A DNA stretch of 20,000 nucleotides, from IMG/VR virus record IMGVR_UViG_3300034946_000506, one strand, 5' to 3'. This document shows positions 6,505 to 16,075 of this stretch, piece after piece. The DNA comes from an uncultured virus (IMG/VR IMGVR_UViG_3300034946_000506). Lineage: Duplodnaviria; Heunggongvirae; Uroviricota; Caudoviricetes. The first letter of the stretch is position 1, and every line of letters begins with the position of its first letter. The notes under the pieces were generated by a model, which saw nothing but the letters and a program-made list of their open reading frames with translations, ran no database searches and was not told the origin of the DNA. The position numbers and the translations under genes were made by a program.

Positions 6505-7614
6505 CTATTTGTTATATTTTGAAATAGCAGATGTGTATCTAGCCATAACATCACTGATTCCGGCATCTACCGTATCAGTACCAACTAAGTTTTGAGCTTC
6601 ATCTACTGATTCTTGAGCTTCAGATTTGAAGTATGATTCTTTAACAACGTTAACTTTCATTTCGAAAGTTTCGGCTGAATCAAAATCAATATCTTCTACC
6701 AAAGATGCAAGCTTTTCAGCTTCAGTCAATGCTAGCCCAGAAGAAGCTTTTCTTACTATCTCAGCTCTTTCCAATCCGGAAACAGACTCAGTTAGCTTGA
6801 TATTCTCTTCTGTTGATTTATTCAAAGATTCTTCCAGTTCAGCGACCTGCTCGGCGAGTTCGTCGATCATATCAACCTTACCTTCTGGAACTTCAATATA
6901 ATGCTCTTTGAACACTGATTGTAGAGAAGTCATAAAGTCTTCAGCAATTTCAGTCCTAAGACCAGTAGTTACTGTAGCTTCATTTTCTGTCATCCAGTTA
7001 GAAACTACATAGTTAAGGTAAGAATCTACCTTCTCTACAAGCTCAGACTTGATTTCAGTTACTTCTTCTTCAAGGTTTTGAACGTACTCAGATTCTAGTC
7101 TTTCGATCTCTGCACTTACTTTAGATTTTAAAGCAGCTTCAAAGATTATCCCAGCTTTCACTTGGAAACCGTCAGACAGAGTAGCTTCTTCAGCTACCAA
7201 TGTTTCTAAATCTTCAGAATAGTCAATATGAGTAACGTCAACATCAACGTCCTCTTTAGTAACTTTCTTAGTTTCTTCAACATCATCTCCGCCTTTTATT
7301 GATTTAACAACACTAGCGTAGATTTTCTGTGCACCTTCTTTTTTAGACTTTTTCAACATATCATTTACTGATGCCATGATAGCAGCTTTAGTTTTCGGCA
7401 TTTCAACTACAGGCTCTTCGTCTTCGTCGTCTTCATCATCTGCAGACTCCTCAACTTCTTCCTCTTCGTCTTCATCCTCATCTTTAGCATCATCTTTAGC
7501 TTCTACGATTTCTTCGTCTTGAACTTGTTCGTCTTCAACGAGCTCCTCGTTTTCAAGCTCTTCAGTTTCTGATACGTCTTCGACTAATTCATTTTCGATT
7601 TTGTCATTAGACAT
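6505..7614 (-). CDS. gp22: Prohead core scaffolding protein, T4 gp22-like
   Basis: Very acidic N-terminus, IFEAALKSK and VDSYLNYVVSNWMTEN motifs, location between gp21 and gp23, AGGAG SD. Confidence 0.92.
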   Translation of the reverse strand: MSNDKIENELVEDVSETEELENEELVEDEQVQDEEIVEAKDDAKDEDEDEEEEVEESADDEDDEDEEPVVEMPKTKAAIMASVNDMLKKSKKEGAQKIYASVVKSIKGGDDVEETKKVTKEDVDVDVTHIDYSEDLETLVAEEATLSDGFQVKAGIIFEAALKSKVSAEIERLESEYVQNLEEEVTEIKSELVEKVDSYLNYVVSNWMTENEATVTTGLRTEIAEDFMTSLQSVFKEHYIEVPEGKVDMIDELAEQVAELEESLNKSTEENIKLTESVSGLERAEIVRKASSGLALTEAEKLASLVEDIDFDSAETFEMKVNVVKESYFKSEAQESVDEAQNLVGTDTVDAGISDVMARYTSAISKYNK

Positions 7615-7628
7615 AATTTATTCTCCTA

Positions 7629-8282
7629 TTAAGAATTTACAAGTTTAGAGAGGAAATTCTTAAAAGCTTTAATCTCAACATCAGATGAACTAATGCCTCG
7701 AGCCTCCTTGATTTCAGTCTCAATTTTCTCAATTTCTTGTGGACAAAGAATGCCATTCTCCCATATCCATTCAACACCTTCCATAATTCCATTGACAAAT
7801 GCCTCTGGAGCTGAAGGGTCCTGAACGATGTCTACAGTGGATAACATAAAGTCATCCTTCACATGCATAGCGCCATTCTTTTGTACAAGACTTCCCATAC
7901 CACGACTTGATACACCAAGCTTAACTCCACCTTCCAACAAACCAGTTACGATATTGCCCATTGGGGTGTTAAGTATCGATGCTTTTCCTATAACATTGCT
8001 GCCCTCAAATCTGAGTTCAGTAATCTTATGTGAAACTTTATCTAAGTTAATGGTAGGACCATCAGGGTGGTTTAATTCCCCAACTGCTCTACCAGTACTT
8101 ACTTGTTCTTTTACATATTTGTTAACAGCATTTTCTAAAATACTTCTTTCGTAAACTCTGCCATTTCTATTTTTAGCATCAGCTTGCATAAAGACACCTT
8201 CAATTACTAGGCTCTTTTTACCGTTAACTTTTTCTTCAAGGACCGTTAGGTCACTTTCCATATATTCTGCTATAAGTTTCAT
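7629..8282 (-). CDS. gp21: Prohead protease, T4 gp21-like
   Basis: IEGVFMQADAKNRNGRVY, GELNHP, GVSSRGMGS and DIVQDPSAPEAFV motifs. Confidence 0.96.
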   Translation of the reverse strand: MKLIAEYMESDLTVLEEKVNGKKSLVIEGVFMQADAKNRNGRVYERSILENAVNKYVKEQVSTGRAVGELNHPDGPTINLDKVSHKITELRFEGSNVIGKASILNTPMGNIVTGLLEGGVKLGVSSRGMGSLVQKNGAMHVKDDFMLSTVDIVQDPSAPEAFVNGIMEGVEWIWENGILCPQEIEKIETEIKEARGISSSDVEIKAFKNFLSKLVNS

Positions 8283-8298
8283 TTACTTATTTCCGTTG

Positions 8299-8469
8299 TT
8301 AGTCCTCTACTTTAGAGGCTTGTCTGTCTTGTATAGAAGAAGCAACTTCTATCTTCTTAGCATCAAGAGCAGCGGATAACTTATCGGCCATAATACTATT
8401 AAACTGCTTACTAGCTTCAACATTATTACCTGATTTTACGTTATCTATTAAGTTTTCAACACTCATCAT
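8299..8469 (-). CDS. Small prohead core protein (gp67-like by position), 56 aa
   Basis: Below the ORF-track cutoff. Translation: MMSVENLIDNVKSGNNVEASKQFNSIMADKLSAALDAKKIEVASSIQDRQASKVED*. AAGGA SD and late promoters lie upstream; it sits between gp20 and gp21. Confidence 0.8.
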   Translation of the reverse strand: MMSVENLIDNVKSGNNVEASKQFNSIMADKLSAALDAKKIEVASSIQDRQASKVED

Positions 8470-8476
8470 TTTTCCT

Positions 8477-8492
8477 TATTTATATATTTATA
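8477..8492 (-). promoter_or_regulatory. Tandem T4 late promoters for the head operon
   Basis: Minus strand TATAAATA-TATAAATA (8485-8492 and 8477-8484). Confidence 0.8.
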
Positions 8493-8497
8493 ATAAT

Positions 8498-9988
8498 TTA
8501 GATGTCAAGATCATCATCATCAGCAATTTCACCAGAAGCTTTTTCAGCTTCAATCTGCTTTTTAATGTCTGCGATCTCATCATCTGTTTGACGTAAAATA
8601 TTTTTACGAACCCATTCATTGGAAACATATTTTCCAACATATTCATCCATCTGAGCTAACATTTCAAATCTTTCTCTTGTTATTTCAGATTCTTTTAATT
8701 CACTAAAGTAATTATCTTCAATAAAATCAAAGTAAATATCTTCTTTCCACTTAGCCCAATCTTCTTTAGTTATAATACCCTTTAGCATTAATTGAGTTCT
8801 TAGTAGTTGTAGGAATAAATCACTAAATCTTTTACGTAATCTATCTAAAAACTTCTTAAATTTAACTTCATCTCTTGAGATCTCTGTAGATCTACCTAGG
8901 TTAAATCCTGACTCTTGTTCTAAACGATTAGCTGGAACGTTAAGAGACTTATATAATTTCTTTTGGAAGTATATAATATCATCGATCTGTCCAAGATTTT
9001 CTCCTCCAGGTAAGGTCGTAATTTCTGTACCTCTACCACCTTCTCTACGAGGTAAGAAGAAATCTTCAAGCATTGACATATGCTTACGGTCATCTTTAAT
9101 ATCTCCAGTAGAAGCATCATAAACCAATTTATTTCTATACTGGCTCATGATATTTTTTAAGTACTCTTCTGCTTTACCCTTTGGAAGGTTACCAACATCT
9201 ATATAAAAAATTCTTCTTTCTGGTGCTCTACTAATTCTGTAGATTACCAAAGAATCTTCCATCATTCTTAATTGATTAACTGGTTTAATTGCCTTATGTA
9301 AAAAAGATAATATTCTTTTACGACTTGGATCTAACATACCTGATGTACAATATGCTATAGAATCAGGATGTATTTTTAATCCTTGATTATTACCTACCAT
9401 ATTTCCATCTTGGAACAAGAAGTATTCTTCTTGCTTCTTAATAATATTGGCTCCAGTTCTAGGATCTTTTTCTTCAGTGATCTCTTTTACTTTTCTTAAT
9501 TTAGTTGGATCAATATATCTTAATTCTTGAATACCCTTTTGTGGGTTTTTATTATCAATAATAATATGATATGGTAATCTACCATCTACATACCATTTTC
9601 TAAATATATCATGTGAATAGCTATTAAAACGAAGTAGTGAGATAATATTCTCAAACTCTTCTTTCATAACTTTCTTTATTTGATCGGATGCTTCTAATTC
9701 ATCCATTACTATTTCTATTGGTGCTGACTTGTTATCACCTACTATAGCTTCATTAATAATGTCTTCTACAGCAGCATCGCACTCAGGATGTGAAGCAATA
9801 TCTCTATACTTTAAAATAAGTTCTACTTCATTTTTAGCAGTGTCTCCATCGATATCAACATACTGGCCAAAGTGACCTCCACTGTTGATAACACCAACAC
9901 CGTCCTCATCTGTATTTGGGACAAAAGAAGGGAGCTCTGGCTCATTCTTACCTTTTCTATTGACCTCAAAACCAAAAAATTCTGCCAT
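8498..9988 (-). CDS. gp20: Portal protein, T4 gp20-like
   Basis: KAIKPVNQLRMMEDSLVIYRISRAPERRIFYIDVGNLPK and EDFFLPRREGGRGTEITTLPGG motifs. Confidence 0.97.
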   Translation of the reverse strand: MAEFFGFEVNRKGKNEPELPSFVPNTDEDGVGVINSGGHFGQYVDIDGDTAKNEVELILKYRDIASHPECDAAVEDIINEAIVGDNKSAPIEIVMDELEASDQIKKVMKEEFENIISLLRFNSYSHDIFRKWYVDGRLPYHIIIDNKNPQKGIQELRYIDPTKLRKVKEITEEKDPRTGANIIKKQEEYFLFQDGNMVGNNQGLKIHPDSIAYCTSGMLDPSRKRILSFLHKAIKPVNQLRMMEDSLVIYRISRAPERRIFYIDVGNLPKGKAEEYLKNIMSQYRNKLVYDASTGDIKDDRKHMSMLEDFFLPRREGGRGTEITTLPGGENLGQIDDIIYFQKKLYKSLNVPANRLEQESGFNLGRSTEISRDEVKFKKFLDRLRKRFSDLFLQLLRTQLMLKGIITKEDWAKWKEDIYFDFIEDNYFSELKESEITRERFEMLAQMDEYVGKYVSNEWVRKNILRQTDDEIADIKKQIEAEKASGEIADDDDLDI

Positions 9989-10010
9989 TTTATTTACCTC
10001 AATATTATCA

Positions 10011-10031
10011 GAGGGGAGTTAGTCTCCCCTC
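10011..10031 (-). promoter_or_regulatory. GC-rich stem-loop between gp19 and gp20
   Basis: gaggggag-ttagt-ctcccctc: perfect 8-bp stem with no U-tract. Confidence 0.75.
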
Positions 10032-10039
10032 GTCTAATA

Positions 10040-10047
10040 TATTTATA
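10040..10047 (-). promoter_or_regulatory. T4 late promoter for gp20
   Basis: Exact TATAAATA just after the gp19 stop. Confidence 0.8.
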
Positions 10048-10053
10048 CCCCTT

Positions 10054-10581
10054 CTAAGAAGTAGTTCCAGACTCCCAATATTGTACTTGTAACTCAACTG
10101 TAAATTCTTCAATCTGGTTTTCATTATCGTATGAAAGTTCGATTGTAGAAAGATTAGTTGGGAAACAACCTCGCATATCGTAAGTCTTAGTTACTGCTCC
10201 TGCCTTATTTAGCTGCTCAACAACAATGTCAGCCATATAATCGGTAGGATTACTTTGACCTGTATTGTTATTATGTTCGCTGATACCATTCATCCATCTT
10301 TCGAATGCATTTCTTACTTCAAAACCAGTGTCATTAATAACTGTTAATGTTACTGGTTCAAAAGTTCTGTCGCCAGCCAATTGTAGTTGTCTGCCTCTGA
10401 ATAATACAGGAACAGGAGCTACGACTGATGAAGGAAACTGAGCACCCTTAATCATGAAAGAAGATAGTTCAACATCACCTTGAGCATAAGCAGGGAAGTT
10501 ACATGTTACTTTAAACATGTTAGAACGTGCACCACCTCCAACTAGCTTGGATTTAAAATCATCTACGCCTAAAATTGCCAT
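10054..10581 (-). CDS. gp19: Tail tube protein, T4 gp19-like
   Basis: GGGARSNMFKV, FRGRQLQLAGDRTFEP and FPTNLSTIELSYD...IEEFTVELQVQYW motifs. Confidence 0.95.
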   Translation of the reverse strand: MAILGVDDFKSKLVGGGARSNMFKVTCNFPAYAQGDVELSSFMIKGAQFPSSVVAPVPVLFRGRQLQLAGDRTFEPVTLTVINDTGFEVRNAFERWMNGISEHNNNTGQSNPTDYMADIVVEQLNKAGAVTKTYDMRGCFPTNLSTIELSYDNENQIEEFTVELQVQYWESGTTS

Positions 10582-10594
10582 TTTCTTCTCCTAA

Positions 10595-12295
10595 TTAACT
10601 ACCGGCGATTTCTGAGAAATCAACTCCGGTTCTTGTTGCAATAAAGTTAAGTGTTATGAAGTTAATGGATCTTGAAGGCTTGATAAAGATATCAGCAACA
10701 AATCGATTAGCATCAATTACTTGACCAGTATTATTTGTAGTATCACAAACTACTTTAAAGTCTGTTACTCCACGTCTGCCCTTAACATCTCTTAAGAATG
10801 GTTCAAGCATATTTCTAAACTGAGCTCTTGTAAACTCATCATTGAATTCAAAGAGTTGACCTTTAGCAGCAGTGCTAACAGCCTTCTCTAGTACAATGAA
10901 TAATCTCCGTACATTAATTCTATCAAATGCACTTGGCTTAGAAAGTAAAGTTTTATCGCCAAACAACATAGTACCTTGTCCAGGGAAAGAAACGAGAGGA
11001 TTAACTCTTGCTTTATAAAGCATGTCTCTATCAGCTTTCTTAGGATTATATGCTAATTTAGTAACTCCGAAGAGTTGACCTCTATTAACACCTGCAGGTG
11101 AGAACCATGCATCTGCAACAGTATCTGTATTAGCACAAAGGCCAGCACAAAGTCCTGAAGCTCCGATCCATCTGTAAGTGTCGTTATATTTGTCATAAAC
11201 ATAAACAGCACCTGAATCAGCAGAAGCATATGAAGTTGAATTTAGTCCGTCAACCCAAGCCTTTACTGTTGCAGCTGGAGTAGCGTTTCCAACTGAATCT
11301 TCGATTGGTGGAGATACAAAAGCCATACAATCTTTTCTTGCGTTACAAATAGTAATTAGATCAGTAGCAATAGCGTTTGATCCATTTGCATCAGGGTATG
11401 CAAACAATAGGTTTACATCAACAGTTTCTGAATCGGATAAAAGATCAAATGCAGTAGCAATTTCTCCTGCTGTAGGAGCGTTATCATCAGTACCACCGGC
11501 CATGGCCGAAGTAAGAACTGCTGTTCCAGTAACATAAGCAGTAGCACTTGCTTGACTAGCAAGTGATTCGCCACCGTCAGTCAATGCTGCGTTATGACCA
11601 GTCCACCAAACATACCTAGAAGAAGTATTAATTACATCCTTATAGTAGTTTGTAGTACCGTCAGATTTTTTAGCATCAGATGCTTGAGAAACGAATTGAA
11701 AAGTTTCTAGAACAGTTCCGGCAGTGCCAGTCCATGCTCCAGTTCTATCTATGATAGCTATGTGTAATTCGTCGTTAGAGTGTCCGCCAACAGCAGCTGA
11801 ATCTGAAGTTCCTGCAATTCCACTAAAGCTTGAAGAAGCTGGAAAATCTAAAACGCCGGCTGTTACATTAGTAAATTGCGCCCAAGCTGTTGCATTAGCT
11901 GGTACAATTTGAACATCAATTGCATTGCCTAGTACACCTGGGTACTTAGCAGCAAATCGGCCGTCATGAGATAAAGAGTCATAATGACCTTCATTCTTGA
12001 TTAGTTTAGCAGTTCCATCAGTCGCGTTTAAGTGACCTGAAGCTGCTCGTACTACTTTAAGTGCATTACCATACTTTAGGAATGATGCTGCTGTTAAAAA
12101 GTACTTAAAAGTATTGGAATCTGGTGATCCGAAGATATTAGCTAATTCTGTTTCTGAACCAACCGTCCTAACTTCTTCTACTGGACCCCAATTGAAAGAC
12201 CCGGCGAATCCACCAATACTGGTTGATACGGCAGGAATTACGCCCGTTGCGTCAATTTCTTTGACTTGGACGCCTGGTGATACTTGAAATGCCAT
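10595..12295 (-). CDS. gp18: Contractile tail sheath protein, T4 gp18-like
   Basis: MAFQVSPGVQVKEID, WFSPAGVNRG, FDRINVRRLF, FEFNDEFTR and IKPSRSINFITLNF motifs. Confidence 0.97.
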   Translation of the reverse strand: MAFQVSPGVQVKEIDATGVIPAVSTSIGGFAGSFNWGPVEEVRTVGSETELANIFGSPDSNTFKYFLTAASFLKYGNALKVVRAASGHLNATDGTAKLIKNEGHYDSLSHDGRFAAKYPGVLGNAIDVQIVPANATAWAQFTNVTAGVLDFPASSSFSGIAGTSDSAAVGGHSNDELHIAIIDRTGAWTGTAGTVLETFQFVSQASDAKKSDGTTNYYKDVINTSSRYVWWTGHNAALTDGGESLASQASATAYVTGTAVLTSAMAGGTDDNAPTAGEIATAFDLLSDSETVDVNLLFAYPDANGSNAIATDLITICNARKDCMAFVSPPIEDSVGNATPAATVKAWVDGLNSTSYASADSGAVYVYDKYNDTYRWIGASGLCAGLCANTDTVADAWFSPAGVNRGQLFGVTKLAYNPKKADRDMLYKARVNPLVSFPGQGTMLFGDKTLLSKPSAFDRINVRRLFIVLEKAVSTAAKGQLFEFNDEFTRAQFRNMLEPFLRDVKGRRGVTDFKVVCDTTNNTGQVIDANRFVADIFIKPSRSINFITLNFIATRTGVDFSEIAGS

Positions 12296-12357
12296 TTTTG
12301 TGTCCTCTCAATTTGAGTTTTTAATAAGTTTTCATAATACGGTTATATTCAATCAAG

Positions 12358-12375
12358 TTTATTTATATAAATAAA
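12358..12375. promoter_or_regulatory. Palindromic bidirectional T4 late promoter; the minus copy drives gp18
   Basis: TTTATTTATATAAATAAA is a perfect 18-bp palindrome containing TATAAATA on the minus strand (12360-12367) and on the plus strand (12366-12373). Confidence 0.75.
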
Positions 12376-12378
12376 GAT

Positions 12379-13980
12379 TTAAAGGTGCTCAAACTCAAAC
12401 CAAACATTACCTTCCCCGTCTCCAACTCCTTCTTGAGCTGGTTTATTACTTCCATCATTGATAATACCGAATGGCAGTAAGTCATCTTGTATTGCTTTTA
12501 ATTGTTCTCTATATAACATGTTTTTCATATCAATATTAGTTATCCCTTGGAATATATCTGTAGTTGTAAACCAACCAAACATAACTAAGTTCATAACTAA
12601 ATCATCATGGTTTGGTGCCTGAGCTTCATATGAATTACCACGAGCAACAAATGTACACATTTCTGATATAGTTTCTGCATCTATAATATGCAATTTCTTT
12701 TGTCCAATTAAGTCTTTTAACGTTGAACAACCAATCCTTTTTACTCTTCTGGTCATAGTAGCACCAATCGCATTTGCTTTAATCTGTGATTCTACAAACA
12801 TATTTTCGTATTCTAAATCATAATATAGACCGTTACAAACAACAGCGCCCTGATCATTTGACTCAACAATGATATAAGCTTCGTTATACATCATAGCATA
12901 TTTATAGCATATATCTGGTAATAGCATTGGAGATATATTATTATCTCTAAATACACACACTTGCTTAAATGGATTAACTGAAGTATCTATTAAAGTAAAT
13001 GTACTATAGTCTTGTCCTCTACCTTTTGCCACATCAACAGTCATAACATACTGGTGACCTTCCTTTGGCTTTTCGTACATAAATAAATGTTCATTAAAAC
13101 TCATCGGCCTCTGAGATTTCTGAGCTAGTAAATCACCTGCATCTATTAATGTATTTCCTCTTCCATGGAAATTGTTTCCAAATTCTTGGTCAAACTGTAA
13201 TTCAGAAGTATTAGATACAGTTTCATTTTTCCAGTTATCATCTCTTCCTGGAACATCCCACCAATCAACTCTAAAAGCTTTATATTCATTCGTATATGTA
13301 GTAGCACCTTCCCAGATTCTATGAAATACATTACCAATACCATTTGCTGTTGAAGTAATAATAACCTTTGTATCCTTACCAGAAGATACAACAGGATATG
13401 TTGATGTATAAAACTGTGCATCATTTTCAACAAAGGCAAACTCATCTAAAAACAATAAGTTAATAGATAAACCACGAATGGAACTACCTGATGTTGCCGA
13501 TGCGATGATCTTTGAATTATTACTAAATTCTATAGATCCTTTATTTAAAGCTTTACATCCTGGCTGTAAAAAGAATGGTAAATTTTCTAGCATTAATGTC
13601 ATTCGAGATAACATTTCTCGTGCAGTAGCACCTTTGTTTGCTAATACGGCAATTGTTTTTTCAGGGTGAAAACAAGCATACCAAAGTAAATATGCTACTG
13701 CTGAAATAGACTTTCCTGATTGTCTACATGCCAATACAATCGAAAACCTATTGTCATTAAAATGAGAGAACATATTTCTTTGATACGGATATAGATCAAA
13801 GGGAACCAAGCCTTCATCTAAAGAAATAACTTTTAAATATGTAGTTGCGAAATATGTAGGATCCATCATACAATGACGGTATTCTTTTATTTCATGTTCT
13901 GAGAATTCACTTTCTACTCCATCCTTTTTTACATTAGGATTTCCTAAATAGCCAAACTCACTGTTCCTTAGAGTCGACAT
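12379..13980 (-). CDS. gp17: Terminase large subunit, T4 gp17-like
   Basis: Walker A CRQSGKS, Walker B LLFLDEFAF, ITSTANG, and nuclease motifs DVAKGRGQDYS and HDDLVM. Confidence 0.97.
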   Translation of the reverse strand: MSTLRNSEFGYLGNPNVKKDGVESEFSEHEIKEYRHCMMDPTYFATTYLKVISLDEGLVPFDLYPYQRNMFSHFNDNRFSIVLACRQSGKSISAVAYLLWYACFHPEKTIAVLANKGATAREMLSRMTLMLENLPFFLQPGCKALNKGSIEFSNNSKIIASATSGSSIRGLSINLLFLDEFAFVENDAQFYTSTYPVVSSGKDTKVIITSTANGIGNVFHRIWEGATTYTNEYKAFRVDWWDVPGRDDNWKNETVSNTSELQFDQEFGNNFHGRGNTLIDAGDLLAQKSQRPMSFNEHLFMYEKPKEGHQYVMTVDVAKGRGQDYSTFTLIDTSVNPFKQVCVFRDNNISPMLLPDICYKYAMMYNEAYIIVESNDQGAVVCNGLYYDLEYENMFVESQIKANAIGATMTRRVKRIGCSTLKDLIGQKKLHIIDAETISEMCTFVARGNSYEAQAPNHDDLVMNLVMFGWFTTTDIFQGITNIDMKNMLYREQLKAIQDDLLPFGIINDGSNKPAQEGVGDGEGNVWFEFEHL

Positions 13981-14389
13981 CTATAGTTTTAACCTCATTC
14001 TCTTTATCATGTTTAGCAAATAGTCTTTGTAAATCCGTAGTACTACCAATAAATAAATTATTATTAGTTATCTCTTTCTTAGATTTAATATCGCCAGATA
14101 AATCTTTCTTATCTTTTTGTAAATCCATAAGCTTGCCAGTAACATCACCAATATCTTTTATAGCTCTAGATAATACTTCAAATGCTCGGGGGTGTTCAGA
14201 TTCTCTAGCCAGTTCTGCTAGGGTATCAAGAGACCTCACACCAGTTTCAATGAGATCTTTATAAGTTTTTCTTGAGAATTCATAATCATCTTTTACTTCT
14301 GATTCGTCTTTACTCATTTCAGGCTTTACTTCTTTTTTTGCTGGCAAGTTCTTATTCAGGTTTGCCTGCATCTTTTCTAATTTATCCAT
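13958..14389 (-). CDS. gp16: Terminase small subunit, T4 gp16-like
   Basis: DDYEFSR, ESEHPRAFEV and NNNLFIGSTTDLQ motifs; overlaps gp17 by 23 bp. Confidence 0.93.
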   Translation of the reverse strand: MDKLEKMQANLNKNLPAKKEVKPEMSKDESEVKDDYEFSRKTYKDLIETGVRSLDTLAELARESEHPRAFEVLSRAIKDIGDVTGKLMDLQKDKKDLSGDIKSKKEITNNNLFIGSTTDLQRLFAKHDKENEVKTIDVDSKEQ

Positions 14390-14396
14390 TATATAC

Positions 14397-15143
14397 CTAT
14401 GTTATACTTACGTTAACAGTATAGTTATCATCCTCATCAGCCGAAGTTGGCGTTATAGTAAAGTCCATATTTTCTAAAATATTCGTACCACCAGCATCAG
14501 CATTAAAATCAAGATTAATTTCTTTAATAATACCTTGATTACCAACAGGGCCAAAGTATTTCATCTTCATATTAAAATCAAACTGATATATTAAAGCTCT
14601 TCTTGTTTGATAATCACCTTCGTAATCATCTTGTATTGTCATACCAGTTAATATGATTGGAACATCTTGCTTATAAGCAAATCCAGTTACAGGTGTTATT
14701 GTTACTGTATACTCAGGCTGGAAATATGGAAGTATTTGTTCCATTATTTGTAGACCATCATCTTGATTTTTAGCCATTGCATACAAAGACATATTAATAT
14801 TATATGCAACAGCTTGTTTTATTGTTTTCTTTTTATTAGAATCTGTGGCATGATTTTCTATTATTTGATTTCTCTTAGCTAACTTTTGAGTAGAATCTAT
14901 ATCCATAGATGTTATTTCAAATCCCATCCTTGGAAGTTTAATAGCCATGGACGCATCTTGACCAGTAATAGAATCTAATCGTGATAAGAATTTTTGCTTA
15001 GGCCCATAAGCAAGTGGAACTTTTATTTGATTAAGTACATTTCCAGCACCATCTTGTCTAATGACACTTATATTATTAAATATAGTTCCAAATAAAGCTA
15101 CTGCTTTTCGAGTAGTGCCATGATAAAAGTGATTTCCAAACAT
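14397..15143 (-). CDS. gp15: Tail sheath stabiliser / tail terminator, T4 gp15-like
   Basis: HFYHGTTRKAVALFGTIFNNI, KVPLAYGPKQKF, LPRMGFEI and EQILPYFQP motifs. Confidence 0.93.
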   Translation of the reverse strand: MFGNHFYHGTTRKAVALFGTIFNNISVIRQDGAGNVLNQIKVPLAYGPKQKFLSRLDSITGQDASMAIKLPRMGFEITSMDIDSTQKLAKRNQIIENHATDSNKKKTIKQAVAYNINMSLYAMAKNQDDGLQIMEQILPYFQPEYTVTITPVTGFAYKQDVPIILTGMTIQDDYEGDYQTRRALIYQFDFNMKMKYFGPVGNQGIIKEINLDFNADAGGTNILENMDFTITPTSADEDDNYTVNVSIT

Positions 15144-16072
15144 TAATAAGTCTCCGATGCATCACCGAATGGATTAGTTTCAGTAAAGTCTAAGAATCCG
15201 TCTGCCTCGATCTCAAACCCGTAGTTTTGAGATTGGCTATCACTCGCGAATGATTCACTATCAGCAACGTTATATACATCAGTAATATGACAAGTAACTC
15301 CAGACTCTGATCCAACCAATCCTAACGTTGGAGATATGACAAAGTCCTTAGCTTCAGTACTTCCTGTGACTCCAATATTAGAAACAGAAATTGTTGCAGC
15401 AATGTCAGAAGTCTTAGTAAGAGTCTGAATTTCACCAGTAATACTTACGGCCGGACTTGTTGTAATTATTTGTGTTACAATCTCACCAAGAGTAAAGTGA
15501 TTACCTCCGATCGCAGTAACCTGCATACCAACTTGATATGAATTCTGAGCTTGAGTAGAATCGATAGCATCAACACCCGTCTCAAAATCTTCTTCATTAT
15601 ATTCAAACAAGCTACACTGCATTTTATATACAGGAAGATTAGACAATTGATAGAACGGCTTTTCATCTTCAACAAATGATATTTCAAAGAATGAATTTGA
15701 CATCGGTAAGAATATCAAATCACCTTCTTGAGGCTTATTAGTTTCTACAGTATTATTCCATATGCCCACTAAATTTTGCCATTGACGTCTGGAAATAACG
15801 AATGTAGCTTCGTCTCTGATCTCTAAACCAAATTTCTGGTATAGATCTCCAGCACCTTCAAATCCATCAGTGTTTTCAATATAAGCTTCTATTAAATATG
15901 CGTCATCAAATTTAGATGCAGTATCTTCGCCTAGTATGTTGTCTCTAGATATTAAAGTCCTTGGTATATAATATACATCTTGACCAAAAATTTTAAGAGA
16001 TTCAATAATTAAATCTTCATATAAATTTTGTTCGGACTTTACAGCCTGAGAGAAGTATACACTTCTTGGCAT
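15143..16072 (-). CDS. gp14: Neck protein, T4 gp14-like
   Basis: ESLKIFGQDVYYIPR, KFGLEIRDEATF, PQEGDLIF, FYQL and C-terminal DFTETNPFG motifs. Confidence 0.93.
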   Translation of the reverse strand: MPRSVYFSQAVKSEQNLYEDLIIESLKIFGQDVYYIPRTLISRDNILGEDTASKFDDAYLIEAYIENTDGFEGAGDLYQKFGLEIRDEATFVISRRQWQNLVGIWNNTVETNKPQEGDLIFLPMSNSFFEISFVEDEKPFYQLSNLPVYKMQCSLFEYNEEDFETGVDAIDSTQAQNSYQVGMQVTAIGGNHFTLGEIVTQIITTSPAVSITGEIQTLTKTSDIAATISVSNIGVTGSTEAKDFVISPTLGLVGSESGVTCHITDVYNVADSESFASDSQSQNYGFEIEADGFLDFTETNPFGDASETY

Positions 16073-16075
16073 ATC

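Noticed and set aside
6486..6566. N-terminal 27-aa extension of gp23 in the ORF track
   Set aside because: Overlaps the gp22 3' end. The SD and family-like N-terminus support the ATG at 6485.
7410..7570. (tct/tca/tcg)n low-complexity tract
   Set aside because: Simply encodes the Asp/Glu-rich N-terminus of the scaffold protein. It is not a CRISPR array or satellite.
5599..8154. Several plus-strand and alternative-frame ORFs in gp23, gp22 and gp21
   Set aside because: Typical antisense open frames caused by biased codon usage in highly expressed genes.
8498..13980. Introns, inteins or homing endonucleases in portal, sheath or terminase
   Set aside because: The ORFs are continuous and of normal length, and no splice or HNH/LAGLIDADG motifs were seen.
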